DNA of 64,000 nucleotides from Calditrichales bacterium (GTDB lineage Bacteria; Calditrichota; Calditrichia; Calditrichales; J004): NCBI GenBank assembly GCA_965267575.1, contig OZ254086.1, positions 1,792,001 to 1,856,000 of the forward strand, read 5' to 3'. Shown piece by piece: positions 42,901 to 51,351 of this stretch (position 1 is its first letter; each line of letters starts with the position of its first letter). The notes under the pieces were generated by a model. It saw only the letters and a program-made list of their open reading frames with translations, ran no database searches and was not told where the DNA came from. The position numbers and the translations under genes were made by a program.

Positions 42901-43426
42901 AGAAAGATTTAAAAAATACTTTGCCATACATCAAGGCGGAAAAAAGAAGACTGAGCATGGCCAGGATAACAGCGTATTCAAAGAGCGTCTTAAAGCCCGC
43001 CAGAAAAACCAGTATGGCAAGGGCGATAAAGAAAACGGCCACTTTCCCCGGCCAGTTGGAGGACGCTATTTGTTGATGTTTTTCATAAATAAACAAAGCG
43101 CCAAAAAGAATAAAGACATCGCGTAACACAATTAGCAGCATCAGCCACAAAGGGAAATTCTGGAAAAAATAGAGCGCAATGACCGTGCCCCCGATGGTGA
43201 TTTTGTCAGCAATCGGGTCGAGGATTTTGCCCAGTTCACTTATTTGATTCAACTGCCTTGCGAGAAAGCCATCCAGCCAATCCGTGAGCATACCGAACAG
43301 TGCGATCCAGATAACCAGGTCGTTACGGTCTTCGTGAATAAAAAAAACCACCGGTATTACCAAGAAAATGCGCAAAAAACTCAGCGCATTGGAGATGGTC
43401 AGATTCTCTCGAAGGTTTAGTTCCAT
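42881..43426 (-). CDS. CDP-alcohol phosphatidyltransferase (PgsA-like)
   Basis: DWLDGFLAR...GKILDPIADK. Confidence 0.9.
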   Translation of the reverse strand: MELNLRENLTISNALSFLRIFLVIPVVFFIHEDRNDLVIWIALFGMLTDWLDGFLARQLNQISELGKILDPIADKITIGGTVIALYFFQNFPLWLMLLIVLRDVFILFGALFIYEKHQQIASSNWPGKVAVFFIALAILVFLAGFKTLFEYAVILAMLSLLFSALMYGKVFFKSFYEQRKS

Positions 43427-45123
43427 TGTATCCAGTAGGGTATTAAGGCCATGGGTTTATTCTGGACCTGCTGCAATACAGACACAGGTTTTTGCCAGGC
43501 TACCGACGGGTTCAGCAGACTTTCGACACGACCATAGAATTCCGTAAACAGTCCCTGCTCACGGGGGTAATAACTAATTCTCACAGATTCTTCTTCGTCA
43601 ATTCCGGCCATAACTTGCGCAAATCTAAGTGCAGAATAAAAACCGCCTACAGAATCGGCCATTCCGTTTTGGAAAGATTGACCACCGGTCCAGATGCGCC
43701 CGCCGGCGAGGGCGTCTGCAGATTCATAATTCATATCGCGGCCCATGGCAACTTTGGATACAAAATCAACATAAAAATCGTTTATAAGCCTTTGGATTAC
43801 ATTACGCTCCGATTGCGACCAGGGACGTGAAGTGGAAAACAGCGAAGCGTTTTCACCCCTTTGAATAATCTCCGGGTTAATGCCCAGTTTATCGTACAGA
43901 CCCGCTATATTAAATTTGCCGGCAAAAATGCCAATCGAGCCCACCAGGCTGTTGCTGTTGTTAATGATCGTATCAGCAGCCAACGCTACATAATAGCCGC
44001 CCGAAGCGCCGTAATCTCCGATGCTGGCAACAACAGGTTTCTCTTCTTTGGCTCGCATCACGGCATCCCAGATTACATTGGAAGACATGGCCGAGCCGCC
44101 CGGGCTGTCTATCCTCAGAATAATCGCTTTAATCGTGGATGAAGCCGCCGCCGAACGAATGTCGCTCACTATTGTTGATTCACCGGCCAGTTTGCCAAGC
44201 AAGGGATCATCCACATCGCTGCCCGGCGCAATCGTTCCGGTGATATGAATAACCGCGATACGCGATTTATCCCTGATGCCAAGAGAACTTGCCGGAATCT
44301 CGGCATAATCAGTCGCGCTGACCTTGTTCAGGCGCCCGGGAGATATAAAACTCTTCACGTCTCTCAGGAAAAGGTTACTATCGATGATCCCCGCCTGGAA
44401 GCCTTCACGGCCTGTAAAGCCACTGGTTTCGTTAATATGTTTTTTGATTGTCTCAGTGCTCAGGTTGCGGTTAATGGCGAACGCCTGCACGCTGTTTTCA
44501 TATAAGGAATCCAGGATCTCATTTAAAACCATGCGCTGCGTTTCAGACATGTCACCACGGGTGTAGGAATCGGGTGCATCTTTGTATTCACCTACATGCA
44601 CGAAATCTGCGCCAATCCCGATTTTATCAAAAAAGTCTTTATAAAAAACAACCTCGCTGCCAATGCCGGTTATGAAAATATTACCGTTCGCCGGCATAAA
44701 GACGGAATCGCAGGCACTGGCAATAAGCATATCACGCATAAAGGCATATTCACTGTATGCGTATATTTTTTTACCGCTTTTCCGGTAATTTTTGATGTAT
44801 TGCTGTATTTCTTCGGCCATCGCATAGCCGCATTGAAGCAGAGTCGGTTCAATTATAACGCCCTCGATTCTCTCATCCACGGCTGCTTTTTCCAGAACAT
44901 CCCTTACCTTTTTAAGATCGAGCGTAGTTCTGCCCAGAAGTTTTTCGAAAGGGTCATCCGGCCTGTAGTCCGGCAGGGAGCCGGAGAGGCTGATATGCAG
45001 GTAAGAGTTATCCTCCACGATGACCTCGCGCTCGGTGAGGCCGGCCAAAAAGAGAAAAAACAGGAAAAACAGTATAATGAATGCAGAAAGTAATACGGCC
45101 AGATATTTCAAAAATGATTTCAT
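43417..45123 (-). CDS. sppA: Signal peptide peptidase SppA (long type)
   Basis: GEYKDA, LRIDSPGGS, ASGGYYVA, VGSIGI, GRIWTG. Confidence 0.92.
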   Translation of the reverse strand: MKSFLKYLAVLLSAFIILFFLFFLFLAGLTEREVIVEDNSYLHISLSGSLPDYRPDDPFEKLLGRTTLDLKKVRDVLEKAAVDERIEGVIIEPTLLQCGYAMAEEIQQYIKNYRKSGKKIYAYSEYAFMRDMLIASACDSVFMPANGNIFITGIGSEVVFYKDFFDKIGIGADFVHVGEYKDAPDSYTRGDMSETQRMVLNEILDSLYENSVQAFAINRNLSTETIKKHINETSGFTGREGFQAGIIDSNLFLRDVKSFISPGRLNKVSATDYAEIPASSLGIRDKSRIAVIHITGTIAPGSDVDDPLLGKLAGESTIVSDIRSAAASSTIKAIILRIDSPGGSAMSSNVIWDAVMRAKEEKPVVASIGDYGASGGYYVALAADTIINNSNSLVGSIGIFAGKFNIAGLYDKLGINPEIIQRGENASLFSTSRPWSQSERNVIQRLINDFYVDFVSKVAMGRDMNYESADALAGGRIWTGGQSFQNGMADSVGGFYSALRFAQVMAGIDEEESVRISYYPREQGLFTEFYGRVESLLNPSVAWQKPVSVLQQVQNKPMALIPYWIQWN

Positions 45124-45130
45124 ACGAATC

Positions 45131-46432
45131 CTATAATGATGTTAGTACACCTGCGATGGTGGCTGTCATAAATGTAGATAGCGAGCCGCCTAATACCGCC
45201 AGCAATCCGAACTTAGCGATGTCCGAACGTCTGCTTGGCGCTATGCCGCCTATGCCGCCGATCTGGATCGCGATCGACGAGAAATTGGCAAAGCCGCACA
45301 GGGCATAGGTGGAAATTAAAACGGCTTTTTCGCTTAATACTCCCTGTGGAATCAACTGGGACAGGTTGAGATATGCGATAAATTCATTTAAGACAACCTT
45401 TTGCCCGATCAGAGAACCTACGTTTACGGCATCGGCCCAGGGCACTCCTATAATCCAGGCGATCGGGCTCAGCACATATCCGAGGATCAGTTCAAGCGTA
45501 ATCGGCTTCCCGCCTTGTGCCGTAATGCCTAGCCAGTCGGTGGCCACACTGCTGATAATGTAATTGAACATGGCGATCAAAGCGATAAAAGCCAGCAGCA
45601 TCGCACCCACATTCAGGGCCAGCTTAAGCCCGTCGGCCGCACCTGTCGCGGCTGCTTCAATCGCATTGGAAGACGTTTTTTCCACGTTAATTTTAACTTC
45701 GCCCATCGTTTTGGATTGCTGCATTTCCGGCATGAGCATTTTTGCTATAACTATGGTAGCCGGTGCGGCCATAATGCTTGCTGAAAGCAGGTGTTTTGCG
45801 TAATAGATCTGCTGCGCCGGATCAACACCACCCAAAAGGCTGACATAAGCGGCCAGCACACCCCCGGCGATAGTCGCCATGCCGCCCACCATCATCGTAA
45901 GCAGTTCGGAACGTGTCATCGGTTCGATATAGGGTCGCACTACCAACGGCGCTTCCGTTTGACCGATAAAGACGTTCGCCGCAACGGATATGGATTCGGC
46001 CCCGCTAATCTTTAATAACTTTGCCATCACCCAGGCCATCCCTTCCACGATTTTTTGCATAACGCCGAGATGGTATAAAACGCTCATTAACGAGCTGAAA
46101 AAAATGATAGTTGGCAGCACCTGAAAGGCGAAAATAAAGCCAATCCCAGGCTGCCCGTCAAAGGCACTTGCGAATGTTGCCTGGTTTGCCAAAGCACCAA
46201 AAACGAATTCAGCGCCTTCGTTGGTAAAGGATATGATCTTTACGAAGATATTTCCGATAAAATCGAATACTGCGGCCCCCCAAGGCGTCAGAATGACAAG
46301 GATGGCAAAAATAATCTGCATTAATACGCCAATGCCAACCTGCATCCATTTGATACTTTTTTTGTCCGCAGAGAATAAAAAGGCAATCGAAATAAGAACT
46401 GCTAGTCCGAAAATTCCGAAAAAAACATCCAT
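45131..46432 (-). CDS. nupC: Concentrative nucleoside transporter (NupC/CNT family)
   Basis: FAFQVLPTIIFF, FIGQTEAPL, GMATIAG, NEFIAY, CGFANFSSI. Confidence 0.92.
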   Translation of the reverse strand: MDVFFGIFGLAVLISIAFLFSADKKSIKWMQVGIGVLMQIIFAILVILTPWGAAVFDFIGNIFVKIISFTNEGAEFVFGALANQATFASAFDGQPGIGFIFAFQVLPTIIFFSSLMSVLYHLGVMQKIVEGMAWVMAKLLKISGAESISVAANVFIGQTEAPLVVRPYIEPMTRSELLTMMVGGMATIAGGVLAAYVSLLGGVDPAQQIYYAKHLLSASIMAAPATIVIAKMLMPEMQQSKTMGEVKINVEKTSSNAIEAAATGAADGLKLALNVGAMLLAFIALIAMFNYIISSVATDWLGITAQGGKPITLELILGYVLSPIAWIIGVPWADAVNVGSLIGQKVVLNEFIAYLNLSQLIPQGVLSEKAVLISTYALCGFANFSSIAIQIGGIGGIAPSRRSDIAKFGLLAVLGGSLSTFMTATIAGVLTSL

Positions 46433-46433
46433 A

Positions 46434-47009
46434 TCAGCTCTCTTTCTCCTCTTCTTTGGGCGGCTCAAAGCAATTTCGGCAGCGCGCTTCGTACGTGTCC
46501 GAAGCGCCGATAACTACTTTATCGCTTTGGCTTGTTTTGCGTTGTGTATGGTTTGCGGGGTTGCCGCATATTACACAAATAGCGTGTGTTTTGGTAATAT
46601 ATTCGGCTACTGCCAAAAGCTGTGGTATCGGTTCAAATGGTATGCCCCGATAATCCTGATCGAGGCCGGCCACAATGACGCGTTTACCCATGTTGGCCAA
46701 AGTCTGGCAAACCTTGATCAGGCTTTCATCAAAAAACTGGGCTTCATCGATACCCACCACCTGGGCCTCAAGTGCATATTCCAGCATTTCCTGTGGCTTT
46801 TTAATAACATGGGAACTGATTTTCTGGCGGTCGTGCGAAACGATGTCGGTTTTGCTGTAGCGCGTATCTATTTCCGGCTTGAACAGTTCACATTTCTGGC
46901 GTGCGATAATGGCCCTTCGCATTCTGCGGATGAGCTCTTCTGTTTTGCCGCTGAACATACTGCCGCAGATTACCTCTATCCAGCCGGTATGTTGCTTAAG
47001 TACATTCAT
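46434..47009 (-). CDS. tdk: Thymidine kinase
   Basis: GSMFSGKTEEL, IDEAQFF, AGLDQD, CVIC...YEARCRNC. Confidence 0.95.
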   Translation of the reverse strand: MNVLKQHTGWIEVICGSMFSGKTEELIRRMRRAIIARQKCELFKPEIDTRYSKTDIVSHDRQKISSHVIKKPQEMLEYALEAQVVGIDEAQFFDESLIKVCQTLANMGKRVIVAGLDQDYRGIPFEPIPQLLAVAEYITKTHAICVICGNPANHTQRKTSQSDKVVIGASDTYEARCRNCFEPPKEEEKES

Positions 47010-47027
47010 GTATCAATTCCTTTTGGA

Positions 47028-47651
47028 TTAGATTCCCTGTAGCAACTCTTTGATTTTACTAGTTAAAATATCGATGGCAATGAGGTTTTTTCCGCCGCGT
47101 GGTACAATAATATCGGCGTAGCGCTTAGATGGCTCGATAAACTGAGCATACATAGGACGAACCGTATCGGAATATTGTTTTATGACTGAATTAACCGATC
47201 TTCCACGCTGCTCGATATCCCGCTGTAATCTGCGAATAAAACATACGTCCGGAGGCGTATCCACGAAGACTCGTATGTCCATCTTTGAGCGTAAATCGGG
47301 ATCATAGAATATAAGAATACCCTCAAGGATGATGACTTTATGAGGTCCTACAATGCGCGGTTCTTTCTTGCGGCTATGTGTTTTATAGTCGTAAACCGGT
47401 TGCTCTATCGCTTCGCCGTTGATTAATTGCTGAATTTGTCTTTTTAAAAGCTCGTGATCGAAAGCATCCGGGTGATCGAAATTGCGTCCCGTCCTTTCGT
47501 TAAAAGGGATATTGCCGAGATCTTTGTAATACGAGTCTTCCTGGATCATGATAACTCGATCGGATCCCAATCTTTCTATAATGGTGTGGGCGATGAGAGT
47601 TTTGCCGGAGCCGGATGCCCCGGATATACCGATGATAATACCCTTTTTCAT
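47028..47651 (-). CDS. udk: Uridine kinase
   Basis: GASGSGKT, DSYY, NFDHPDAFD, LEGIL, RRLQRD. Confidence 0.95.
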   Translation of the reverse strand: MKKGIIIGISGASGSGKTLIAHTIIERLGSDRVIMIQEDSYYKDLGNIPFNERTGRNFDHPDAFDHELLKRQIQQLINGEAIEQPVYDYKTHSRKKEPRIVGPHKVIILEGILIFYDPDLRSKMDIRVFVDTPPDVCFIRRLQRDIEQRGRSVNSVIKQYSDTVRPMYAQFIEPSKRYADIIVPRGGKNLIAIDILTSKIKELLQGI

Positions 47652-48043
47652 TTTTGCGTCAGCTTTGAGTCGTCAAAAGCCTTAGGTAATAGATCTTTTA
47701 TATGATAAGTATCATGCTTTGTCCCGTTACTAAGGACGACGGTCAGGTTTGGAGCATAGTCATACAGCAATTGCCGGCAGGCACCGCAAGGGGGGACATA
47801 GTCTTGCTTCTCTGCGGTTATGGCAATGGCTTCAAAATCGTTATAGCCCTCAGAAAGAGCTTTTGCAAGAGCGACGCGTTCGGCACAGATCGTTAGGCTG
47901 AACGAGCTGCTTTCGATATTACATCCTGTAATAATTTCACCACTCTTTGATAAAAGCGCAGCGCCCACCCGAAATCCTGAGTAGGGCACACGCGCATTAT
48001 GTTGTGCTTCAATCGATCTTTTTACAAGGAGGTTTTTATCCAC
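47648..48043 (-). CDS. cdd: Cytidine deaminase (tetrameric type)
   Basis: PYSGFRVGAAL, TICAER, PCGACRQ; GTG start. Confidence 0.95.
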   Translation of the reverse strand: MDKNLLVKRSIEAQHNARVPYSGFRVGAALLSKSGEIITGCNIESSSFSLTICAERVALAKALSEGYNDFEAIAITAEKQDYVPPCGACRQLLYDYAPNLTVVLSNGTKHDTYHIKDLLPKAFDDSKLTQK

Positions 48044-48055
48044 TTCGTTCCCGGT

Positions 48056-48514
48056 CTAGAATGGCAGATCGTCTTCTTCTTCCGCTGCTTCTGGCGCATT
48101 GCTTTTGCTCTTTGCGGGCGCAGAGGCTTCCTTGTTTACAGGCTTAGCTGTTGGCGCGTCCGTGTAATCGCTATCCCCCTTCGAGCCCAATAGCTGAAGA
48201 TCATTGACGACAATTTCCGTTTTATATCTTTTTTGGCCTTCCTTATCTTCCCAGCTTGAAGTCTGAATGCGCCCTTCAATATAAACAAGTTTGCCCTTTT
48301 TTAAATACTCTCCCGCTACCTCAGCCTGACGGCCAAAAGTAACAATATTATGCCATTCGGTTACTTCTTCCCATTCTCCGTCGCTTCCCTTGGTGCGGTG
48401 ATTTGTAGCCATAGAAAAGCTGGCTATTGCTGTACCGGATGGAGCATATCGTAACTCCGGATCCTGTCCCAAGCGTCCTATTAATACAGCTTTATTAACG
48501 GTTCCTCGCGACAT
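48056..48514 (-). CDS. ssb: Single-stranded DNA-binding protein
   Basis: VNKAVLIGRLGQDPELRY, TEWH, ends DDLPF. Confidence 0.97.
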   Translation of the reverse strand: MSRGTVNKAVLIGRLGQDPELRYAPSGTAIASFSMATNHRTKGSDGEWEEVTEWHNIVTFGRQAEVAGEYLKKGKLVYIEGRIQTSSWEDKEGQKRYKTEIVVNDLQLLGSKGDSDYTDAPTAKPVNKEASAPAKSKSNAPEAAEEEDDLPF

Positions 48515-48548
48515 ACAGCCCTCCTTTCAAGAGTTAGGTTGAGTAAAC

Positions 48549-48585
48549 AAAAAAGGCCCCGAATTTTTTTAAGATTCGAGGCCTT
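48549..48585 (-). terminator. Terminator-like hairpin downstream of peptide array
   Basis: minus strand AAGGCCTCGAAT-loop-ATTCGGGGCCTTTTTT; could instead be ssb 5'UTR structure. Confidence 0.55.
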
Positions 48586-48651
48586 AAAATTAGCGAAAAT
48601 ATTTATAAATACAAATTTGCCTCATTTGGAATGAGTCAGAACGGCACGACG

Positions 48652-48831
48652 TTACTCGCCTCCGTCTTTCTTTTTCTGATCATCTGGCGCCGGTGGCGGC
48701 GGCAGCGGAATAATCGTGGCATAAGAATGCTTGCCTGAGACTTTGTGCGATTGGGCTGCCTGGTTGACAATGGCCAGCGCGACCGCGGCCGTGAAAGTTA
48801 AAGCTACGATAAAAGCAGTGATCTTTTTCAT
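48652..48831 (-). CDS. Small exported proline-rich peptide, copy D (59 aa)
   Basis: Manual translation MKKITAFIVALTFTAAVALAIVNQAAQSHKVSGKHSYATIIPLPPPPAPDDQKKKDGGE; AAGGG RBS; not in ORF track. Confidence 0.85.
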   Translation of the reverse strand: MKKITAFIVALTFTAAVALAIVNQAAQSHKVSGKHSYATIIPLPPPPAPDDQKKKDGGE

Positions 48832-48885
48832 GATATTTTTCCCTTAGTTAAAGCCATAAAAGATTGAATATTGGGTGGTAAAAAC

Positions 48886-49065
48886 TTACTCGCCTCCGTC
48901 TTTCTTTTTCTGATCATCTGGCGCCGGTGGCGGCGGCAGCGGAATAATCGTGGCATAAGAATGCTTGCCTGAGACTTTGTGCGATTGGGCTGCCTGGTTG
49001 ACAATGGCCAGCGCGACCGCGGCCGTGAAAGTTAAAGCTACGATAAAAGCAGTGATCTTTTTCAT
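48886..49065 (-). CDS. Small exported proline-rich peptide, copy C (59 aa, identical to copy D)
   Basis: Nucleotide-identical to 48652-48831. Confidence 0.85.
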   Translation of the reverse strand: MKKITAFIVALTFTAAVALAIVNQAAQSHKVSGKHSYATIIPLPPPPAPDDQKKKDGGE

Positions 49066-49119
49066 GATATTTTTCCCTTAGTTAAAGCCATAAAAGATTG
49101 AATATTGGGTGGTAAAAAC

Positions 49120-49299
49120 TTACTCGCCTCCGTCTTTCTTTTTCTGATCATCTGGCGCCGGTGGCGGCGGCAGCGGAATAATCGTGGCATAAGAATGCTT
49201 GCCTGAGACTTTGTGCGATTGAGCAGCCTGGTTGACAATGGCCAACGCGACCGCAGCTGTAAAAACTAAAGCGACGATGAATGTAGTGATCTTTTTCAT
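49120..49299 (-). CDS. Small exported proline-rich peptide, copy B (59 aa)
   Basis: MKKITTFIVALVFTAAVALA-IVNQ...IIPLPPPPAPDDQKKKDGGE; AGGAG RBS 6 nt before ATG 49299 (alternative ATG 49302). Confidence 0.87.
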   Translation of the reverse strand: MKKITTFIVALVFTAAVALAIVNQAAQSHKVSGKHSYATIIPLPPPPAPDDQKKKDGGE

Positions 49300-49319
49300 C
49301 ATACTCTCCTTGTATTGGG

Positions 49320-49487
49320 TTATTTGTTGTTAATTTGACTAGGTGCCGGTGGCGGCGGAATTGGGATAACTGTAGCAAACACATAATTTTTGCCGTCCAC
49401 ATATTCATGTGTAGCCGTATTGATGATAGCTAAGGCAATGGATAGCGAAAAAATCGTGGCAACGAGAAAACGCGCAAATTTCTTCAT
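49320..49487 (-). CDS. Small exported proline-rich peptide, divergent copy A (55 aa)
   Basis: Manual translation MKKFARFLVATIFSLSIALAIINTATHEYVDGKNYVFATVIPIPPPPAPSQINNK; AAAGGAGG RBS; not in ORF track. Confidence 0.85.
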   Translation of the reverse strand: MKKFARFLVATIFSLSIALAIINTATHEYVDGKNYVFATVIPIPPPPAPSQINNK

Positions 49488-49510
49488 AAAGCCTCCTTTA
49501 AATTATACTT

Positions 49511-49732
49511 TTATTGCGCTTTTTTTTGATCAGACTTTTTGAGTTCTTTGTACGGATAAAGAGGCAGAGCTTTCATTAATATAACACTTTTATCTTTCTG
49601 CCACCTCTTTTTATATACATGCGGATATTGAATTTCAGCATAATTACGCATCTGGTTCAGGAAATCACTCAACTGTAGAAGAAAAAGAAAGATAAGAAAA
49701 ACCGTTAGAAGAGCCCGAAACGTACGCTGCAT
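49511..49732 (-). CDS. Small basic protein with N-terminal signal/TM segment (73 aa)
   Basis: MQRTFRALLTVFLIFLFLLQL...ALPLYPYKELKKSDQKKAQ; co-oriented, ends 23 nt before copy A. Confidence 0.55.
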   Translation of the reverse strand: MQRTFRALLTVFLIFLFLLQLSDFLNQMRNYAEIQYPHVYKKRWQKDKSVILMKALPLYPYKELKKSDQKKAQ

Positions 49733-49781
49733 TTCATACCCTTGATTTTAATGATAAAATTAGATATCGTTAGGTGCAAGA

Positions 49782-49809
49782 AATATAAAAGCTATCGTAT
49801 GAAATGCAA
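49782..49809 (-). promoter_or_regulatory. Putative sigma70 promoter of peptide array
   Basis: TTGCAT-N16-TATATT on minus strand. Confidence 0.45.
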
Positions 49810-49857
49810 TAATGCTTTAATAAGAAATTGACACTTAAGCATGTAGCTGTATATGGC

Positions 49858-49873
49858 AGTGACCTATGTCACA
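49858..49873. promoter_or_regulatory. CRP-like palindromic site
   Basis: AGTGA-cctatg-TCACA; 9/10 match to TGTGA-N6-TCACA. Confidence 0.45.
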
Positions 49874-49890
49874 AAAATACCTATAAAAAA

Positions 49891-50967
49891 TTAATTTGCC
49901 AGCCTGCTGAGACGCTCATTTCGTTCGGCCATGCTTAATTCTTCAATCAATTCTTCAATTTCGCCTTCCAAAACACGGTCCAGCTTATAAAGGGTGAGAT
50001 TTATACGGTGGTCGGTAATTCGACCTTGAGGATAATTGTAGGTTCTGATTTTTGCGCTGCGATCGCCGCTGCCGACCATCGATTTTCGTTGCGCGTCAAC
50101 CGCATCTTGTTGCTCGGACAGGGCTTTGTCCAACAATCTGGAGCGTAATACTTTCAGGGCTTTGGTTTTGTTTTTTAGCTGGGACTTTTCATCCTGACAA
50201 CTTACGACAATACCGGTTGGAACGTGCGTAATGCGCACGGCAGAATCCGTTGTGTTTACGCTTTGCCCGCCGGGGCCGCTGGAACGAAATACGTCAATGC
50301 GCAAGTCATTGGGATCGAGTTCAATATCAACTTCTTCAGCTTCCGGTAGCACCACAACTGATACAGCAGAAGTATGTACACGTCCCTGAGTCTCTGTTTC
50401 CGGTACCCGCTGAACCCGGTGTACGCCTGATTCATATTTCAAGGTGCCATAAGCGTGATTGCCATCTATGGAAAAAATAATTTCCTTAAATCCGCCCCGT
50501 TCCGAAGGGCTGGAGCTCATTACATCGATTTTGAAATGGCCGCCTTCGCAATAGCGCTGATACATGCGGTACAGATCGCCTGCAAATATGGCCGCTTCAT
50601 CGCCACCGGTGCCTGCTCGTATTTCCATTAAAGCATTCTTGTGATCATCCGGATGCTTGGGCACCAGCATGAGTTTCAGTTTTTCTTCATACTTGTCAAT
50701 AACTTCTTCAAGCTCTTCCTGCTCAGCTTCGGCAAGCTCAACAAGTTCATCGTCCTCTTCAGCTGCAATTATTTCCTTATTGCCCTCGTAATTTGCCAGC
50801 GCTTTCAGATAAGGCTCGCCGGTTTCCAAAACCCTGGAGATATCGCTATGCTCGCGGGAAAGATCTTTAAATTTTTTTGGATCGGAATGAACGTTGGGGT
50901 CGGCAAGAGCTTCATTAAGCTCAGTCAAACGTTGCTGTAGTTGTAATATTTTAGGCTTAATTTTCAT
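49891..50967 (-). CDS. prfA: Peptide chain release factor 1
   Basis: [17 protein letters not shown] (PxT), [15 protein letters not shown]. Confidence 0.97.
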   Translation of the reverse strand: MKIKPKILQLQQRLTELNEALADPNVHSDPKKFKDLSREHSDISRVLETGEPYLKALANYEGNKEIIAAEEDDELVELAEAEQEELEEVIDKYEEKLKLMLVPKHPDDHKNALMEIRAGTGGDEAAIFAGDLYRMYQRYCEGGHFKIDVMSSSPSERGGFKEIIFSIDGNHAYGTLKYESGVHRVQRVPETETQGRVHTSAVSVVVLPEAEEVDIELDPNDLRIDVFRSSGPGGQSVNTTDSAVRITHVPTGIVVSCQDEKSQLKNKTKALKVLRSRLLDKALSEQQDAVDAQRKSMVGSGDRSAKIRTYNYPQGRITDHRINLTLYKLDRVLEGEIEELIEELSMAERNERLSRLAN

Positions 50968-50994
50968 AATATGTACCGCTGAAGAATTTTAAGT

Positions 50995-51029
50995 AAAAAA
51001 AAACGGAATGATTAAATATCACTCCGTTT
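50995..51029 (-). terminator. Intrinsic terminator after rpmE
   Basis: minus strand AAACGGAGTGAT-attta-ATCATTCCGTTT followed by T-tract. Confidence 0.75.
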
Positions 51030-51047
51030 ATTGATAGAAAAATTTTG

Positions 51048-51290
51048 CTAGCGATTATATTTTCTGCGGAATTTCTCTACACGACCGGCTGTATCTACGA
51101 GCATTTGCTTACCTGTAAAAAAGGGATGAGATGCACTGGATATCTCAAGCTTGATCAAGGGATATTCTTTGCCATCTTCCCATTTGATTTTTTCGCTGCT
51201 GGTGGCCGTTGAGCGCGTCAGAAAAGCAAAATCAGATGAAGTATCTTTATATACTACAAATTGATACTCCGGATGAATGTTTTTTTTCAT
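51048..51290 (-). CDS. rpmE: 50S ribosomal protein L31, type B (Cys-free)
   Basis: MKKNIHPEY...WEDGKEYP...[10 protein letters not shown]...DTAGRVEKF. Confidence 0.95.
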   Translation of the reverse strand: MKKNIHPEYQFVVYKDTSSDFAFLTRSTATSSEKIKWEDGKEYPLIKLEISSASHPFFTGKQMLVDTAGRVEKFRRKYNR

Positions 51291-51316
51291 TTTTCCTCCA
51301 ATTTCTAAAGCCTATA

Positions 51317-51345
51317 AATATAAGAGGCTTTTCAGGCTTTAGCAA
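51317..51345 (-). promoter_or_regulatory. Putative sigma70 promoter of rpmE
   Basis: TTGCTA-N17-TATATT. Confidence 0.5.
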
Positions 51346-51351
51346 GATAGT

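Larger units (their letters stand above)
48652..49221. repeat. Perfect tandem repeat, 234-bp unit, about 2.4 copies
   Basis: Stop codons at 48652, 48886, 49120; identity continuous to 49221. Confidence 0.95.

Noticed and set aside
48652-49221. CRISPR array
   Set aside because: Unit is 234 bp with no unique spacers, encodes ORFs, and no cas genes are nearby
49148-49408. 86-aa ORF spanning copies A and B
   Set aside because: Alternative frame without RBS, overlapping two better-supported genes
48652-49732. RiPP/bacteriocin cluster or PID/PEP-CTERM sorted proteins
   Set aside because: No modification enzymes, peptidase-transporter, double-glycine leader or C-terminal TM anchor; the only radical SAM in the window is HemW
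48652-50967. Peptides acting on RF1 like apidaecin, because prfA is adjacent
   Set aside because: Peptides lack Arg-Pro motifs and are exported; adjacency alone is not evidence
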